Source of the DNA: Candidatus Omnitrophota bacterium
Lineage (GTDB): Bacteria; Omnitrophota; Gorgyraeia; Duberdicusellales; Duberdicusellaceae
Length of the DNA stretch: 64,000 nucleotides
Reading direction: 5' to 3'
NCBI GenBank assembly: GCA_016932855.1
Contig: JAFGCB010000014.1
Coordinates: 6,496 to 70,495 of the forward strand
Translations under genes and position numbers: made by a program
Shown here: one piece after another, positions 55,717 through 64,000 of the stretch
Position numbering within the stretch: position 1 is the stretch's first letter
How the letters are laid out: every line of letters begins with the position of its first letter
Notes under the pieces: generated by a model
Seen by the model: only the letters and a program-made list of their open reading frames with translations
The model's database searches: none
Told to the model about the DNA's origin: nothing

Positions 55717-56526
55717 TCATTTCCCGAATTCTTCAAAAAGATCAACGTCCTCGGTAAAAAAATCTATCGGCCCTTCGGGAAGACCGTTTATAAACTGTTT
55801 TATATATTCATTATCGGAATTCTTTATCTCCTCGGGCGTGCCTACTTTAACAATGCTTCCCTGATGAACCATGGCCACTCTATCGGCGATTCTGAAAACG
55901 CTCTGCATATCGTGAGTCACTACCACCGAGGTAATAAGCAGCTTAGCGCTTAAGTCTTTGATTAGTTTATCGATTACTCCTCCTACAACAGGATCAAGCC
56001 CTGAAGTAGGCTCATCATAAAAGACGACATAAGGGTCCAAAGCAATGGCCCGGGCAAGGCCTACGCGCTTGCGCATGCCTCCGGAAATCTTGGAAGGGTA
56101 ATAAGATTCAAAACCCCGCAAGCCCACTAAAGAAAGCTTCATTTTAACAATTATCCTTATGATATTCTCATCCAGCTTAGTATGTTCTCTAAGAGGCAAA
56201 GCCACGTTTTCGTCCACCGTCAAGGAATCCAAAAGAGCTGAATATTGAAAAAGCATTCCGAAAGACTTTCTTATCTGATCTAATTCTTCGATGTCTATGC
56301 GGCTTATATCTTTTCCTCTAATAAATATATTTCCTTCATCGGGTTTGATAATCCCGGTCATAAGTCTTAAAAGGGTGCTTTTACCCGAACCCGAACAGCC
56401 CATGATGACAAAAGTTTCTCCGCTGTAAATATCAAAATTTACGTTATCGATAATCTTTCGACCGTCGAAAAACTTGCTCACACCTTTTAAAGATATTACT
56501 TTTTCCTTGGAAATATTTTGGCTCAT
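55717..56526 (-). CDS. mlaF: MlaF/Mkl ABC ATPase
   Basis: Probable start MSQNISK; GCSGSGKS, LFQYSALLDSL, ISGGMRKRVGLARA, YDEPTSGLDP, VVTHD. Confidence 0.92.
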   Translation of the reverse strand: MSQNISKEKVISLKGVSKFFDGRKIIDNVNFDIYSGETFVIMGCSGSGKSTLLRLMTGIIKPDEGNIFIRGKDISRIDIEELDQIRKSFGMLFQYSALLDSLTVDENVALPLREHTKLDENIIRIIVKMKLSLVGLRGFESYYPSKISGGMRKRVGLARAIALDPYVVFYDEPTSGLDPVVGGVIDKLIKDLSAKLLITSVVVTHDMQSVFRIADRVAMVHQGSIVKVGTPEEIKNSDNEYIKQFINGLPEGPIDFFTEDVDLFEEFGK

Positions 56527-56527
56527 T

Positions 56528-57316
56528 TTATATATTAGAGAAATAAAATATTGCGGTAAGAAAACAATCAGCAAGAATAATAAGAATAAAACTGATCACG
56601 ACGCTTCGGGTAGTAGACCTTCCTACGCCCTCAGCGCCCTTTGTAGTATTTAAGCCTTCAAAACAAGCAATAAGAGCAATGATCATGGCGAATACAAAAG
56701 ATTTCAAAAGTCCGGTATATACGTCCTTTAGCTCCAAATATTTAAAACTAGTCTGCATGTATAAATAGGGGTTTATATTCAGACTTCCTGACCCCACTAT
56801 GAATCCTCCCATGATTCCCGAAATATTACCCACCACAGTAAGACAGGGCAACATGAAAAATAAGGCTAAAAACCTAGGCACCGCTAAAAATCTTATAGGA
56901 TTTATAGCCATGGTCTCCAGGGCCTCTATCTGCTCGGTGACTTTCATTGTTCCCAGTTCCGCGGCAATTGCCGAGCCAACCCTGCCGGCAACCACCAAAG
57001 CCGTAAGCACAGGGCTTAACTCCCTGCATAAAGATATTGAAACAAGAGAGGCCACATAGATAACAGCGCCCATTTTTTCCAACTGATAGGCTGACTGCAT
57101 AGCAAGGACTATCCCCGTAAATATCGCCACGAAGAATACTATTACAATAGAGCGAAGCCCGGCAAACCCCATTTGGTAAAATATGCTCTCAAGCTTAGCG
57201 GTCTTTTTCTTAAAAGGGCCGAAGACTATCCAGTATACAATCTGAATGAATAAAGACCCTATGCCTTTTGCTCCTTTAAAAATATCAAGAATAAATCTGC
57301 CTACGCGAGTAACCAT
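56528..57316 (-). CDS. mlaE: MlaE ABC permease
   Basis: Probable start MVTRVG; RELSPVLTALVVAGRVGSAIAAELGTMKVTEQIEALE, GAEGVGRSTT. Confidence 0.93.
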   Translation of the reverse strand: MVTRVGRFILDIFKGAKGIGSLFIQIVYWIVFGPFKKKTAKLESIFYQMGFAGLRSIVIVFFVAIFTGIVLAMQSAYQLEKMGAVIYVASLVSISLCRELSPVLTALVVAGRVGSAIAAELGTMKVTEQIEALETMAINPIRFLAVPRFLALFFMLPCLTVVGNISGIMGGFIVGSGSLNINPYLYMQTSFKYLELKDVYTGLLKSFVFAMIIALIACFEGLNTTKGAEGVGRSTTRSVVISFILIILADCFLTAIFYFSNI

Positions 57317-57317
57317 A

Positions 57318-57650
57318 TTATAAGCTTTGCAAGGCCTCCTGGCGGCTCTCGAAGATCTCAAAAAGTTTATCGAGCTTGGTTATCTCAAAGACATTCTTTA
57401 CCTTCTGGCTCATATTACTAAAACACAGCCTTCCTCCGGCGCGTTTTAAGCGCTGCAGCATTTCAATCAAAGTAGCAAGGCCGGAACTATCGATGTAGGA
57501 AACGCTGGAAAAATCAACAAGAACTTTGCTCTCCTTGTTGCGTATAATTTCATCAAAGGCCTTCCTTAATTCGGGAGAAGTATTGATATTTACTTCGCCT
57601 TCCAAAATACATACAAGCACTCCGTTAGCTCTTTCTTCTTTTACATTCAC
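57318..57650 (-). CDS. STAS-domain protein (RsbV/SpoIIAA- or MlaB-like)
   Basis: LEGEVN..SPELRK, VDFSSVSYIDSSGLATL, VFEITKL. Confidence 0.9.
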   Translation of the reverse strand: MNVKEERANGVLVCILEGEVNINTSPELRKAFDEIIRNKESKVLVDFSSVSYIDSSGLATLIEMLQRLKRAGGRLCFSNMSQKVKNVFEITKLDKLFEIFESRQEALQSL

Positions 57651-57662
57651 GGCCTTCCTCCT

Positions 57663-57820
57663 TCAATGACCCCGAACCCTGAAAGGGTGAGGGGGAATTC
57701 CCCGCCTCATTAACAGTATTATTTTCGGCGGGGTCCCGCCTTACATAAATACGCCATATTTAGGTGGCGGGAGATCTCGGACCCCGACGAAGTCAGGGTG
57801 AAAGATCTTATTTAGGTTAA
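57663..57820. repeat. Composite palindromic intergenic element upstream of STAS gene
   Basis: Shares tcaatgaccccg..gggggaatt and gatcttatttag with 26868-26970, and ttccccgcctcattaa..gcggggtcccgc with 55531-55573. Confidence 0.7.
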
Positions 57821-57936
57821 TTTCATTCTACATAGAGCGTTTAATGAGACCATCCCCTTTATTAAGAGAGGTGATCGCTTTTTTTTCAGACTTTAATATA
57901 TTTAATAAATTAAATACCAATGATAATGAGGCGGGC

Positions 57937-58344
57937 TTATTCGTCCTTGTTAAAGACTTTTACCATTTTTATCTGGCTGCCCCCATCAGAAAATTCAACC
58001 TCATCCATGAGATTTTTTATTAAGAATATGCCTCTGCCTGAGGTTTTTTCAAGATTTTCCACTTTGGTCGGATCAAGAACATTATCAAAATCAAAACCTT
58101 GACCTTTATCCTTGACTATGATAATCAACTTATCGCCCTGGGATTCCACGACAACATCTACAAATAACTGGGGGTCCATTTTATTGCCGTACTTAATGGC
58201 GTTAACCAAGGCCTCCTCCAGAGACAGCCTTATATTGAAAAATTGTTCGCTAGATATGCCTAAAGGCTTGATTTTCTCGGCAAGGGAAGATATAAATTCG
58301 GGTATTATCTCTAGTCTCGAAGGTACTTTTTCTGAAATATTCAT
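57937..58344 (-). CDS. RsbW-like anti-sigma factor serine kinase (HATPase_c_2)
   Basis: LEEALVNAIKYGN, VKDKGQGFD, SGRGIFLIKNLMDEV. Confidence 0.9.
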   Translation of the reverse strand: MNISEKVPSRLEIIPEFISSLAEKIKPLGISSEQFFNIRLSLEEALVNAIKYGNKMDPQLFVDVVVESQGDKLIIIVKDKGQGFDFDNVLDPTKVENLEKTSGRGIFLIKNLMDEVEFSDGGSQIKMVKVFNKDE

Positions 58345-58451
58345 AATATAAAAGTTAAAGTTGTTTGTAAAATTATATCCTAGAATCTTAAATTTCCAAC
58401 TTTTTTCTTAAAGCTCCTGAGAGCCTCTATTAAAAAAGATAAGCTTTTTTA

Positions 58452-61400
58452 TTACTGGGAAAAATAGCCCCCTGAAAGCTTCTTTAATTTTTCCATCGTT
58501 GTCTTAATCACCTCTTTTAAGTATTCGATCTCTTTATCTTTATCGGCTATATCCTCAAGGAGCTTATCTACCTGCCTGCCGTCGTAAGGAGATTTTAAGC
58601 CGGCTCTTTCTTTTAGCACCTTGATCTCAGCGTCTTTGCTTCGAAGTTCTTGGCTGGTTTCAGTCAATCTCTGCTGAAGGGATTTAAGCTCTTTCGTCAA
58701 AAGAACGACTTCCTGGTTTAAGCGGTCTATCTCCTTATCAGCGCCGGCTGAAGTAATCACTTGATCCGCGGGTTGTTGCGAAAGCGAAGCCTCAACATCT
58801 TTAAGTTTTGCATCTTTAAGCCTTAAATCGTTCTTCAAGGAATTGATCTCTTGGGTTAAAAAATTAATTTTCTCAGAAGCTTGAGAAAGCTCAAGCGCAA
58901 GTTCTTTTTCCTTACGGAAAGAATCTCTTATTCTTGAGCTTAAAACCTGTTTCTCGTCAAGAAGAAGAGATTTACTCTTCTGGTATTCACTCACGCTTGC
59001 CTTGCTTATGGCCATTTCGTCTTTAAAAGCGGTATTCTCTTTAAGAATCGCATCCATTTGGCCTTTAAGTTCCTCAAGAGCCTCATCTTTAGACTCTAGA
59101 TTTTTCCTTAATCTTATGCTTTCTTCCAAAAAGGCAGCACTATCTTTCTGCTGTTTTGCAAGCTCATTGTCTTTAGCCTTTATTTGGCTGCGCAGAATGG
59201 CTATCTGCTCCTGGGCTTTAGAAAGGCTTGATGCTAAATTTTCTTCTTTATCTAAAAAAGCCTGCATCTTAGAATTAAGCGCTTTTTTTTCTTCGTCGAA
59301 TCCCTCCAGCTCTTTAATCTTTTTTTCCTTCTGGGCCAGCCTATTATCAAGAGAAAAAATAGTCTTATTAAGAGAGGCTATTTTCATGTTTGCCTCGTCA
59401 AGTTTTAGAACGGCGTCTTTGTTGTCCTGGGAGAAACTACTGAGCTTGGAAATAAGGCTTTCCTTTTCTTTAAGGATTCTTTCTTTGTTTTTTAACTCTT
59501 CCTGAAAAGCCCTATCCTTGGATTCCAACTCTTCTTTAAGAGAGGCTACGTCTTTATTTAAAGAGGCGGTTTGCTGGGTCGCCTGCTTAAGCTGAGAAAC
59601 AAAAAGGTCTCTTTCGGAAAGAAGCTTGGCCTGTTCTTTAAGCTTCTTTTCTTTAGCCTCAAGATCCCTCTTTAAAGACTCGCGTTCTTGCTCTATCTGT
59701 TTCATCTCCTCAATAAACTTGTCTCTTTCTTTAGAAAACTTGACATACTTACGCAGCTGGCTGTCTTTTTCCTGTATTTCTTTACTCAGAGATTTCTGCT
59801 CTTTAAGCATTTTTTCCTCTTTGCCGGAAATTTCTTTCCTTAAGGAGCTTAAACCGTCGCTTAATCGTAAAACCTCATCCTGTTTTTCTTTAAGCTGTAA
59901 AGCCAGCTGCTCGCTGCTCTTGGAGCTTTCTTCTAATCGGGATTTTAGCGACGCTATTTCTTCCGAAAGGCCGCGTCTATCTTTTGTCTCTTTCAACAAA
60001 AGGTCTTGCACTTCTTTTAGCTTCTTATCTTTTTGGGAAATATCGCTGTTAAGTGCGTTTAACTTGCCGGTTGAATCTTCAAGCTTTAAAGTAAGCTCCT
60101 TTTCCTTTCCGGAGAAACTTTCAAGCTGCTCTTTAAGCCGCGAGGAAAGTGAGGTATTTTCTTTAAGTAGCTTTCCGGCCTGCCCGAGCTCCTCTTCTTT
60201 AGCCTTAACTATATCCTGTATTTCTTTAAGTCTTTCTTCTTGAGTTTTAAGCCTTTTCTTTAAAAGGTCGATTTCCTTGTCGCGAGCCGCTATTTCTTGA
60301 TCAGCCCGGCCATACTTTTCAAAAGAATCTTTCTCTTTAGCAGAAGCCTTCAAAAGATCTTCTTCAAGCTTTGCTATCCTTAAATCTTTATCTTTAGCCA
60401 GGTTTTCCAGCGCCTTAAGCTGCTGGTCTTTATCTTTAATCTCGCCGCCCAACGAAACCATCCCTTGCTTTGCCTGGTCAAGCTTCGAAACTAATTCCTT
60501 TTCTTTCCGGGAAGACTCTATAAGATGACCCTTAACTTCTGAAGATAAAGCCTTTTCTTCTTCGAGAGCCTCTTTTGCTTCTTTAAGCTGACTGTCTTTT
60601 ATTTGGATATCGTTTTTAAGAGAGGTTAACTCTTTGCTTAGCGAACCTACCTTTTGATTAACCTCAACTAGCTTTTCTTCAAGCTGTTTAAGGAGTCCTT
60701 CTTTCTCTTCAAGAATACCCGGGGCTTCTTTTAATTGCTCTTCTTTTAAAGCAAGGTCTTTCTTTAAAAAGACAATTTCATCCTCAAGAGAGGCTATTTT
60801 CTTGCCTTGCTGTTCAACTTGAGAAGATAACTCCTTTTCTTTCCGGGAGCTTTCGATAAGGCGCTGCTTGACTAAATCAGCAAGCTCCTGCTCTTCGGCA
60901 AGGGTTTGCTTTGCCTCTTTAAGCTGAGCTTCCTTAATATTAAGATCGTTAGTTAAAGAAGCTACCTTCATGCTTAAGGCATCGATATCTTGGTTTACCT
61001 GGTTAAGCTTTAAAGATAACTCCTTTTCTTTCCGGGAGCTTTCGATAAAATCTCCTTTGATTTTAGTCGCGCGGAACTTTTCGTCCTCAATAGCCTGGGC
61101 TGCTTCTTTAAGCTGGGAGTCTCTTATTTGGAAAGACTTACGTAAAGAAGCGAGGTCCTGACTTAAAGAATTTATTTTCTTAGTGGCCTGGGCAAACTCT
61201 AAACTAAGACCTTTTTCTCTGCTCGAGGAAAGCTCGAAGTCTTCTTTAAGTTTGTTTAAATTTAAGTCTTTTTCCTGAATAAGCTCTTGGGCCTTGCTTA
61301 ATTGCCCTTCTTTGATTTTAAGACTAGTGCTCAATGAAGCGATATCGTCATTAAGGGATTTAATCCTGGCCATACTTTGACTTAGCTGAACCTGCAAATC

Positions 61401-62087
61401 TTTTACCTCCTGAACAGAAGAAGCTAAATCAGCCTTTCGTTGGTCAGCGATGGTTTGTTTGGCGCTAAGAAGTTTTTGAGAATCCAGGAGTTGTTCCTGC
61501 TTTTCCTCTAATTCCTTTTTTAAAAACTTAAAATCGGCGTCAAGAGAGGCTATTTCCCGGGCTTGTTCTTTGAGTTTAATCTTAAGCTCGCCATCTTCCT
61601 GAGAAAGATCAGCTAGCTGGGAAATAAGACGGTCCTTGTCTTTCTGGATCCTGGCTTTTTCATTAAGCTCTCTTTTAAGCAGCTCGTCTTTTGTTTCGCT
61701 CTCCTTTTTAAAAAAAACAAGGTTCTTCTCCAGAAGCTCTATCTCCTTCTTCAAAAGGATAATCTCTTTATTAGTTTCAACAAGCTTGTAGATAAGGTCT
61801 CTTTCTTTCTGAAGGGAAACCTTAAGCCTTTCCTGCAGCTGGGTTACGAATTCGTCCTTTTCTTTTAACTGCCTTATCCTTGTTACAATCTCGTCAGCTT
61901 CCTGCTTGACCCTTCGCAGATCCTCTTCAAAGGAATCAACGCCTTCTAATTCCCCGGCAAGCTCTTCCTCTGGATTATTTAATTCGTTTTCAGGGTCCTG
62001 GGCTGGTAAGATGGGGACAAAAAAGAAAATAACAAAAAGGAAGGCTAAAAGAAAACTTACTCTTCTAAATTTTGCCTCTGCTCTCAT
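58452..62087 (-). CDS. Giant exported coiled-coil repeat protein (~1210 aa)
   Basis: Probable start MRAEAKF (ATG 62087); signal peptide ..ILPA-QD; recurring ESSRKEKELS motif with 189-nt period. Confidence 0.8.
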   Translation of the reverse strand: MRAEAKFRRVSFLLAFLFVIFFFVPILPAQDPENELNNPEEELAGELEGVDSFEEDLRRVKQEADEIVTRIRQLKEKDEFVTQLQERLKVSLQKERDLIYKLVETNKEIILLKKEIELLEKNLVFFKKESETKDELLKRELNEKARIQKDKDRLISQLADLSQEDGELKIKLKEQAREIASLDADFKFLKKELEEKQEQLLDSQKLLSAKQTIADQRKADLASSVQEVKDLQVQLSQSMARIKSLNDDIASLSTSLKIKEGQLSKAQELIQEKDLNLNKLKEDFELSSSREKGLSLEFAQATKKINSLSQDLASLRKSFQIRDSQLKEAAQAIEDEKFRATKIKGDFIESSRKEKELSLKLNQVNQDIDALSMKVASLTNDLNIKEAQLKEAKQTLAEEQELADLVKQRLIESSRKEKELSSQVEQQGKKIASLEDEIVFLKKDLALKEEQLKEAPGILEEKEGLLKQLEEKLVEVNQKVGSLSKELTSLKNDIQIKDSQLKEAKEALEEEKALSSEVKGHLIESSRKEKELVSKLDQAKQGMVSLGGEIKDKDQQLKALENLAKDKDLRIAKLEEDLLKASAKEKDSFEKYGRADQEIAARDKEIDLLKKRLKTQEERLKEIQDIVKAKEEELGQAGKLLKENTSLSSRLKEQLESFSGKEKELTLKLEDSTGKLNALNSDISQKDKKLKEVQDLLLKETKDRRGLSEEIASLKSRLEESSKSSEQLALQLKEKQDEVLRLSDGLSSLRKEISGKEEKMLKEQKSLSKEIQEKDSQLRKYVKFSKERDKFIEEMKQIEQERESLKRDLEAKEKKLKEQAKLLSERDLFVSQLKQATQQTASLNKDVASLKEELESKDRAFQEELKNKERILKEKESLISKLSSFSQDNKDAVLKLDEANMKIASLNKTIFSLDNRLAQKEKKIKELEGFDEEKKALNSKMQAFLDKEENLASSLSKAQEQIAILRSQIKAKDNELAKQQKDSAAFLEESIRLRKNLESKDEALEELKGQMDAILKENTAFKDEMAISKASVSEYQKSKSLLLDEKQVLSSRIRDSFRKEKELALELSQASEKINFLTQEINSLKNDLRLKDAKLKDVEASLSQQPADQVITSAGADKEIDRLNQEVVLLTKELKSLQQRLTETSQELRSKDAEIKVLKERAGLKSPYDGRQVDKLLEDIADKDKEIEYLKEVIKTTMEKLKKLSGGYFSQ

Positions 62088-62186
62088 TTCCTTAACGAAG
62101 ATTATACACAATCTTACAAGTATATCAAATAATTATTGTAAACTTGGCACTACCGCAATACCCCTCGCAAGACTTAAAGAAAGCGC

Positions 62187-62738
62187 TTAATCAGCCCAAA
62201 AATGATACCTTTGACCTAGCTGTACATCTATTGTCACGTGCTTATCCGGAGCAAGCCTTAAGGCCTCGTGAATGGGACGATCAAAGGTATAGAGCTCTAC
62301 GTGCTTGCCATACTGCTCTTTTATCTCGGTAATAACCTCGGCAAAGTCTGAATCGCCTGAAACAAGCGCTGCTGTGTCGTATTGATTGGTCACTGCTTTA
62401 GAGAACATATCCAAAGCAATCTTAACATCAAGCCCTTTCTGAATCCACTCATTATTAAAACGCACAAGTCTTCCGAGTTTAACCTCGAAATAAGGAATAT
62501 TTAGCTTCAAATCCTTGAAATACTCCTGCTGTTCTTGATAAGTATGAGGATTCTCCTCCTTGCTGAATTCTGCGGAATAATAATAGCAGCGGATTAGATT
62601 CCGCCTTCCTACTATCCATTTTAAAATATTCCTCCACTCGATATCCCTTCTTCTGATGGCTTTTCTTCGCCGCGTACCCAAAGCCTTCATTTTCTGAACC
62701 ACGTATTCAGCATCAATAAATACCATTATCCGGTTCAT
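62187..62738 (-). CDS. NYN (LabA/DUF88) domain protein
   Basis: [27 protein letters not shown]. Confidence 0.88.
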   Translation of the reverse strand: MNRIMVFIDAEYVVQKMKALGTRRRKAIRRRDIEWRNILKWIVGRRNLIRCYYYSAEFSKEENPHTYQEQQEYFKDLKLNIPYFEVKLGRLVRFNNEWIQKGLDVKIALDMFSKAVTNQYDTAALVSGDSDFAEVITEIKEQYGKHVELYTFDRPIHEALRLAPDKHVTIDVQLGQRYHFWAD

Positions 62739-63013
62739 TTTTCTTTCCTTTCTATATTATTAGCGGTGTTCCTAATTATATTAGTTATTATACCATCACT
62801 ATTAGAAAATTTAAGTTTTAAATAAGAAAAAAATCTTTTGTGAAAAATAGCATTTTATGCAGAAAAAGCTGCTTGAAAATTAAATATATAATTTTTGGCC
62901 GGTATTAGACCGGAATATATTGAACCTTTTCTTGCGGGTAAACCGGGCTTTGGTATAAATAATCCATCCCTGCAGAGATTTAAGGCTGAATTTAAGCGGA
63001 TAGATAAAGGTAA

Positions 63014-63190
63014 TTACTTATGAGGCGGCTTAGACAAACCGGAAATAGTGGGCAAACAGGGGAAATTATCCCCGGGGATATTAGAAGAATCTTCTTTTTT
63101 ACCGATAACAAAAAAAATGCTGGCAGCCGCAAAAAGAGGAAAATCACCTATAATCTTAAATAAAAAAGAAAACAAATCTGTTTTTTCCAT
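63014..63190 (-). CDS. Possible 58-aa small membrane peptide
   Basis: MEKTDLFSFLFKIIGDFPLFAAASIFFVIGKKEDSS..KPPHK*; purine-rich AAGGGGAGG immediately upstream. Confidence 0.3.
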   Translation of the reverse strand: MEKTDLFSFLFKIIGDFPLFAAASIFFVIGKKEDSSNIPGDNFPCLPTISGLSKPPHK

Positions 63191-63319
63191 ATCCTCCCCT
63201 TTTTGATCCCTTTAAGTATAACATCTTTGGAATATTTTTTTCAATGGTAAGGTTTTAAAAATATAGGCTTATCGACTAAGAAAGAAAGAAAGAAAGCTAA
63301 TTAAATCTCGGAAGGTTAT

Positions 63320-63748
63320 TTAATAAAAATTCCGGTCTACCCAGTCCCGAAGCGAAGTTATTGTCCCTTCGACTGCCGGTATATTTGATATCTGCCGCAA
63401 CAACAGATCAAACAAGACTGCTAAAAAGGCAACGGCAACTATAAGAATAATTGTCATTATCGAGGATACTACAGAAAATCTTAAGACTTCCTGCAAATAA
63501 GTCTTCCAGGGTTTTACAATCATATCCCTGCCCCTGACAAGCATTGTAGCAATTATAAACACAAAATTAAGCCCGAGAAATACCGGCGAAAGAAGCCTGA
63601 GGGCTTCGATAAACAGGGAAAGAATGATGGGAAATTTTTCATAATAAATTGCCGCTATCAACAATAAAAATTCAAGAATAAATAAGCCCGAAAGGATATA
63701 GATAGTAATTACTTCTTTCCGGTTTAATTTAATTTTGAATTCAGCCAT
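63320..63748 (-). CDS. Hypothetical membrane protein (3 TM)
   Basis: 142 aa, three hydrophobic segments, no recognised motif. Confidence 0.7.
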   Translation of the reverse strand: MAEFKIKLNRKEVITIYILSGLFILEFLLLIAAIYYEKFPIILSLFIEALRLLSPVFLGLNFVFIIATMLVRGRDMIVKPWKTYLQEVLRFSVVSSIMTIILIVAVAFLAVLFDLLLRQISNIPAVEGTITSLRDWVDRNFY

Positions 63749-64000
63749 GTTTTTTCAATGCTAAAAAGAAGCTTTTTATTATTAAGCCTGCTTTTTTAAT
63801 ATTTTACTCCTGGAAAAAGAAATCCCAAACAAAATCTGTTTGGGATTATTCTTGTGCTCTTTTAAAAAAAATTCTAAAAAAGATTATTTTATTGGATAAA
63901 AATCCGGATAAGACGGATTAAAAGGCTGTCTATAAGATAAGGGTCTTAATTACCAGAGATTTTCGCGGAATTTTTTATCCAGGGCCATAAACCAATCAAA

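Noticed and set aside
26866-57820. CRISPR array, tRNA or known riboswitch among the intergenic palindromes
   Set aside because: No regularly spaced direct repeats with unique spacers, no cas genes, no cloverleaf/T-loop consensus, and no riboswitch consensus that I could recognise by eye.
58452-62111. SMC or phage tape-measure protein
   Set aside because: No Walker motifs or hinge, it has a signal peptide, and there are no phage genes nearby.
774-62332. Numerous + strand ORFs of 60-205 aa (e.g. 2121-2711, 7906-8400, 29553-30020, 59002-59505, 59626-60243) and short nested - strand ORFs
   Set aside because: Antisense or alternate-frame shadows of well-supported genes; Ser/Leu/Phe-rich with no motifs. 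Only 15934-17518 are credible + strand genes.
62187-63748. Anti-phage defence/toxin-antitoxin module around the NYN gene
   Set aside because: Stand-alone LabA/DUF88-type NYN with no recognisable partner; nothing in the sequence supports a defence role.

Overview
Bacterial chromosomal window with almost all genes on the - strand. The gene content resembles Ca. Omnitrophota/PVC-type diderms, but that placement is inference only. In transcription order (right to left) it holds: a membrane protein, a NYN protein and a ~1200-aa repetitive coiled-coil protein; a partner-switching module (RsbW, 2x STAS, CHASE2-PP2C) interleaved with an MlaEFD/MCE transporter; trxB and nth; an 8-gene trehalose/GH65 osmolyte cluster with MscS; and a pseudouridine synthase and an orphan radical SAM gene. 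A ~36-kb surface-biogenesis region follows: small MerR-like HTH, ExeA ATPase, SurA-like lipoprotein, GspC/PilP-like protein, two tandem secretin+TPR modules, lipoprotein, second ExeA (apparent ATA start), degenerate HD-GYP, coiled coil and Wza-like export protein. A compact RiPP cassette comes next, and then a Wzc/Wzy/Wzx polysaccharide cluster rich in GT4s and methyltransferases that runs off the left edge. The best candidate for a new system is the RiPP cassette: PqqD/RRE, radical SAM/SPASM, an unannotated 54-aa Cys3 precursor (20489-20653) with a YxxPxL leader and C-terminal Ser, an HPr-kinase-like P-loop protein, an S24/S26 peptidase-GNAT fusion, a nucleotidyltransferase and an ABC-2 exporter, all sitting between wza and wzc. 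Intergenic spacers carry several REP/MITE-like palindromes and short tandem repeats. No rRNA, tRNA, CRISPR array or transposase was recognised. All calls come from motif reading by eye; no database search was run.
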